Shown here one piece after another: positions 62,164 through 64,000 of a stretch of 64,000 nt of DNA. Made by a program: the position numbers and the translations under genes. Under the pieces are notes generated by a model. It made no database searches, was not told the origin of the DNA, and saw only the letters and a list, made by a program, of their open reading frames with translations. How positions within the stretch are numbered: the stretch's first letter is position 1; every line of letters begins with the position of its first letter. Source of the stretch: Kiritimatiellia bacterium (GTDB lineage: Bacteria; Verrucomicrobiota; Kiritimatiellia; SLAD01); assembly GCA_007134735.1 (NCBI GenBank), contig SLKG01000006.1, forward strand, positions 3,817 through 67,816, in the 5' to 3' direction.

Positions 62164-63573
62164 CTAAGCCCCCCACTCCGCGCGCGCCCATTCCGCTATT
62201 GTTTCCACATCCCCCGCGCCGATAATCAACAGAAGATCGCCTTCCCGCCGCCCGTCCCGCGCCCGGTTCCAAGCCGCTTCCAACGACGATTCCGATACCA
62301 CCGAAATCCGCCCGTACGTCCTGAAATGGGCGCGCAAATCCTCCACGGTTCCGCCTTCCACAGGGTGCTCGGACGCGGCATACACCGGAGCCAAGATCAA
62401 CTCGTCGACCCCGTCAAATGCCGGGGGAAAATCCGGGCCCAACGCCCGTGTCCGGGAATACCGATGCGGCTGAAATATGGCCACCACGCGGCGCGGCTTC
62501 AACCGTCGAGCCGAATCCATAACGGCCCGGATTTCCGCGGGATGGTGCGCATAATCCGAATAGACCTCGATTCCCCGGCCACCGCATATCCGCTCAAACC
62601 GCCGTCGAACCGGTTCAAACCGGCTCAATGCACCGGACAAGGATTCAACGGAAACACCCTGATCGTAACACACGGCGCAGGCGGCAAGGGCATTCAATAC
62701 ATTGTGCCGTCCTGAAACCGGAATACGAATCTTCCCCAATCTCCGGTCATTCCGATATAATGAAAATTCAGTCGCTTGAGCCTCCTCCACGAGGTCGCGA
62801 ACATGATAATCATGCGTTCGCCCCAACCCATATGAAATTCCCCGATGCGCACACACCCGCTCGGCCATCCGATCTTCACCACAGTAGTACAACCGCTCAC
62901 GCGTGCGATCCGCAAATGTCTGAAAACATCGGACAAACTCCTCCTCGCTGTCGAAATGCTCCATATGATCGTAGTCAACGCCCGTGATAACCGCAATATC
63001 CGGCTCATAGAGAGATACGGTTCCATCGCTTTCATCGGCCTCCACAACCATCCATTCGCCACGCCCGGAGGCGGCCACCCCGCCGAAGTGATCCATCTCG
63101 CCGCCCACAAAATAATCCGGCTCAAACCCGGTCCGGCACAGAACCTGTGCCATCATCGCCGCCGTGGTGGTCTTCCCGTGCGTTCCGCTCACGGCAATGG
63201 AACGTCGGTCGCGAATCAGGCCGGCCAACACTTCGCCGCGACGACAAACAGGAACACCCCGTTCCCGGGCCGCCCGCACCTCGGGATGCGCCGGGGACAC
63301 GGCGGTACTACGAATCACCGCGGAGAGACCGGACTCAATATGCGCGGGATCATGCCCCCGCATCACCTTGACGCCCAAATGCTTAAGCCGATCGGTCAGA
63401 CGGTTTTCCCGCAAGTCGCATCCGCTGACGCGAAACCCGCGAGCCTGCAGAAGAATCGCCAGGCCGGCCATTCCGAAACCGGCCACACCCAGGAGATGTA
63501 CAGCGCCCTTCCCTCTTTTCAAACAGGACTCTATCGCATCAAAACTCATGACCGTTTCGGCTTCCATACCCAT
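62164..63573 (-). CDS. murC: UDP-N-acetylmuramate--L-alanine ligase
   Basis: GVAGFGMAGLAILL Rossmann fold and P-loop GTHGKTTTAAMM; Mur ligase central and C-terminal domains. Confidence 0.9.
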   Translation of the reverse strand: MGMEAETVMSFDAIESCLKRGKGAVHLLGVAGFGMAGLAILLQARGFRVSGCDLRENRLTDRLKHLGVKVMRGHDPAHIESGLSAVIRSTAVSPAHPEVRAARERGVPVCRRGEVLAGLIRDRRSIAVSGTHGKTTTAAMMAQVLCRTGFEPDYFVGGEMDHFGGVAASGRGEWMVVEADESDGTVSLYEPDIAVITGVDYDHMEHFDSEEEFVRCFQTFADRTRERLYYCGEDRMAERVCAHRGISYGLGRTHDYHVRDLVEEAQATEFSLYRNDRRLGKIRIPVSGRHNVLNALAACAVCYDQGVSVESLSGALSRFEPVRRRFERICGGRGIEVYSDYAHHPAEIRAVMDSARRLKPRRVVAIFQPHRYSRTRALGPDFPPAFDGVDELILAPVYAASEHPVEGGTVEDLRAHFRTYGRISVVSESSLEAAWNRARDGRREGDLLLIIGAGDVETIAEWARAEWGA

Positions 63574-63739
63574 CGGACGTCAGGCAACAACCGGGCCACC
63601 GCAATCGCCCCTTCGGCACTCACATACTCCACACACTCACTCCGAACACTTACTCTATACACTTACTCAACCGTTCGACCCAAAACCAGTGATCCCACAC
63701 CCGGCATGCCACCGCGAAGCGGCGCCCCCCCGTCCATGC

Positions 63740-64000
63740 CTACCTCTGTCCAACCTCTTCCACCAGGTCCGCCAGACGTTCCGCGGCATGTTCCTGAGAC
63801 CGGCTCTTGAGGGAGGCGCTGATCCGGGCCAGGCGCTTCGGATTGTCCATGCTGCCCGTGATATAGTCCACGAGCCACGAGACACTTAAATCTTTCTCCG
63901 CCACCACATCGGCCGCGCCGGACCGTTCCAGGGCCCGCGCATTGGCGGTTTGATGATCATGCGCCGCGTACGGATACGGGACCAGGAGCGCCGGGACAGC
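63740..64000 (-). CDS. murG: MurG (undecaprenyl-PP-MurNAc-pentapeptide GlcNAc transferase), C-terminal fragment; gene continues beyond the window
   Basis: Minus-strand translation from the window edge gives ...LLVPYPYAAHDHQTANARALERSGAADVV... (MurG C-terminal nucleotide-binding motif), ending at a TAG at 63740. Confidence 0.75.
   Translation of the reverse strand, partial: AVPALLVPYPYAAHDHQTANARALERSGAADVVAEKDLSVSWLVDYITGSMDNPKRLARISASLKSRSQEHAAERLADLVEEVGQR

Overview
The window is a GC-rich (roughly 60-65 %) stretch of a Gram-negative-type bacterial chromosome. Gene content (ftsQAZ, an outer-membrane beta-barrel with a C-terminal Phe, lipoproteins, TPR proteins) fits several phyla, possibly the PVC group, but taxonomy cannot be fixed from the sequence. 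About 50 protein genes are supportable. No rRNA, tRNA or CRISPR arrays were seen.

Housekeeping genes: tadA, xerD and rnc (4-bp overlap), a rhomboid protease, accA, aspS, hisS, an HU protein, a type I-beta DAHP synthase, proS, an RluB-family pseudouridine synthase, an M20 peptidase, ligA, and the end of a dcw cluster (murG partial, murC, ddl, ftsQ, ftsA, ftsZ).

Accessory content:
- Tandem paralogous beta-propeller membrane proteins at 40-3946.
- A divergent metallophosphoesterase next to a Ser/Thr kinase that overlaps a LysM L,D-transpeptidase (12.8-15.3 kb).
- A PIB-4-type (SPC / HEG-S-T) heavy-metal P-type ATPase preceded by two 7-3-7 palindromes.
- A VanZ, ligA, four-helix-bundle, MBL-hydrolase operon. 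The four-helix-bundle gene carries an in-frame palindromic array of 12-bp repeats.
- A perfectly duplicated 125-nt structured element in the intergenic region at 27.5-27.9 kb.

The most interesting system is a roughly 24-kb glycan locus (28.9-52.5 kb). Its core is a roughly 19-kb run of 15 co-directional genes (33.3-52.5 kb), many with 4-bp start/stop overlaps. It holds three ArnT/PMT-like GT-C membrane glycosyltransferases, two polyprenyl-phosphate-sugar-synthase-type GT2 enzymes, three GT4 enzymes, a Wzx-like flippase, an NDP-sugar dehydrogenase, an epimerase, a YfhO-like membrane protein and a Phd/PIN toxin-antitoxin pair translationally coupled to a GT2. Copies of a dispersed REP-like palindromic repeat sit at the internal junctions of this run. 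The inference is an undescribed periplasmic polyprenyl-phosphate-dependent glycosylation pathway for protein O-glycosylation or glycolipid modification.
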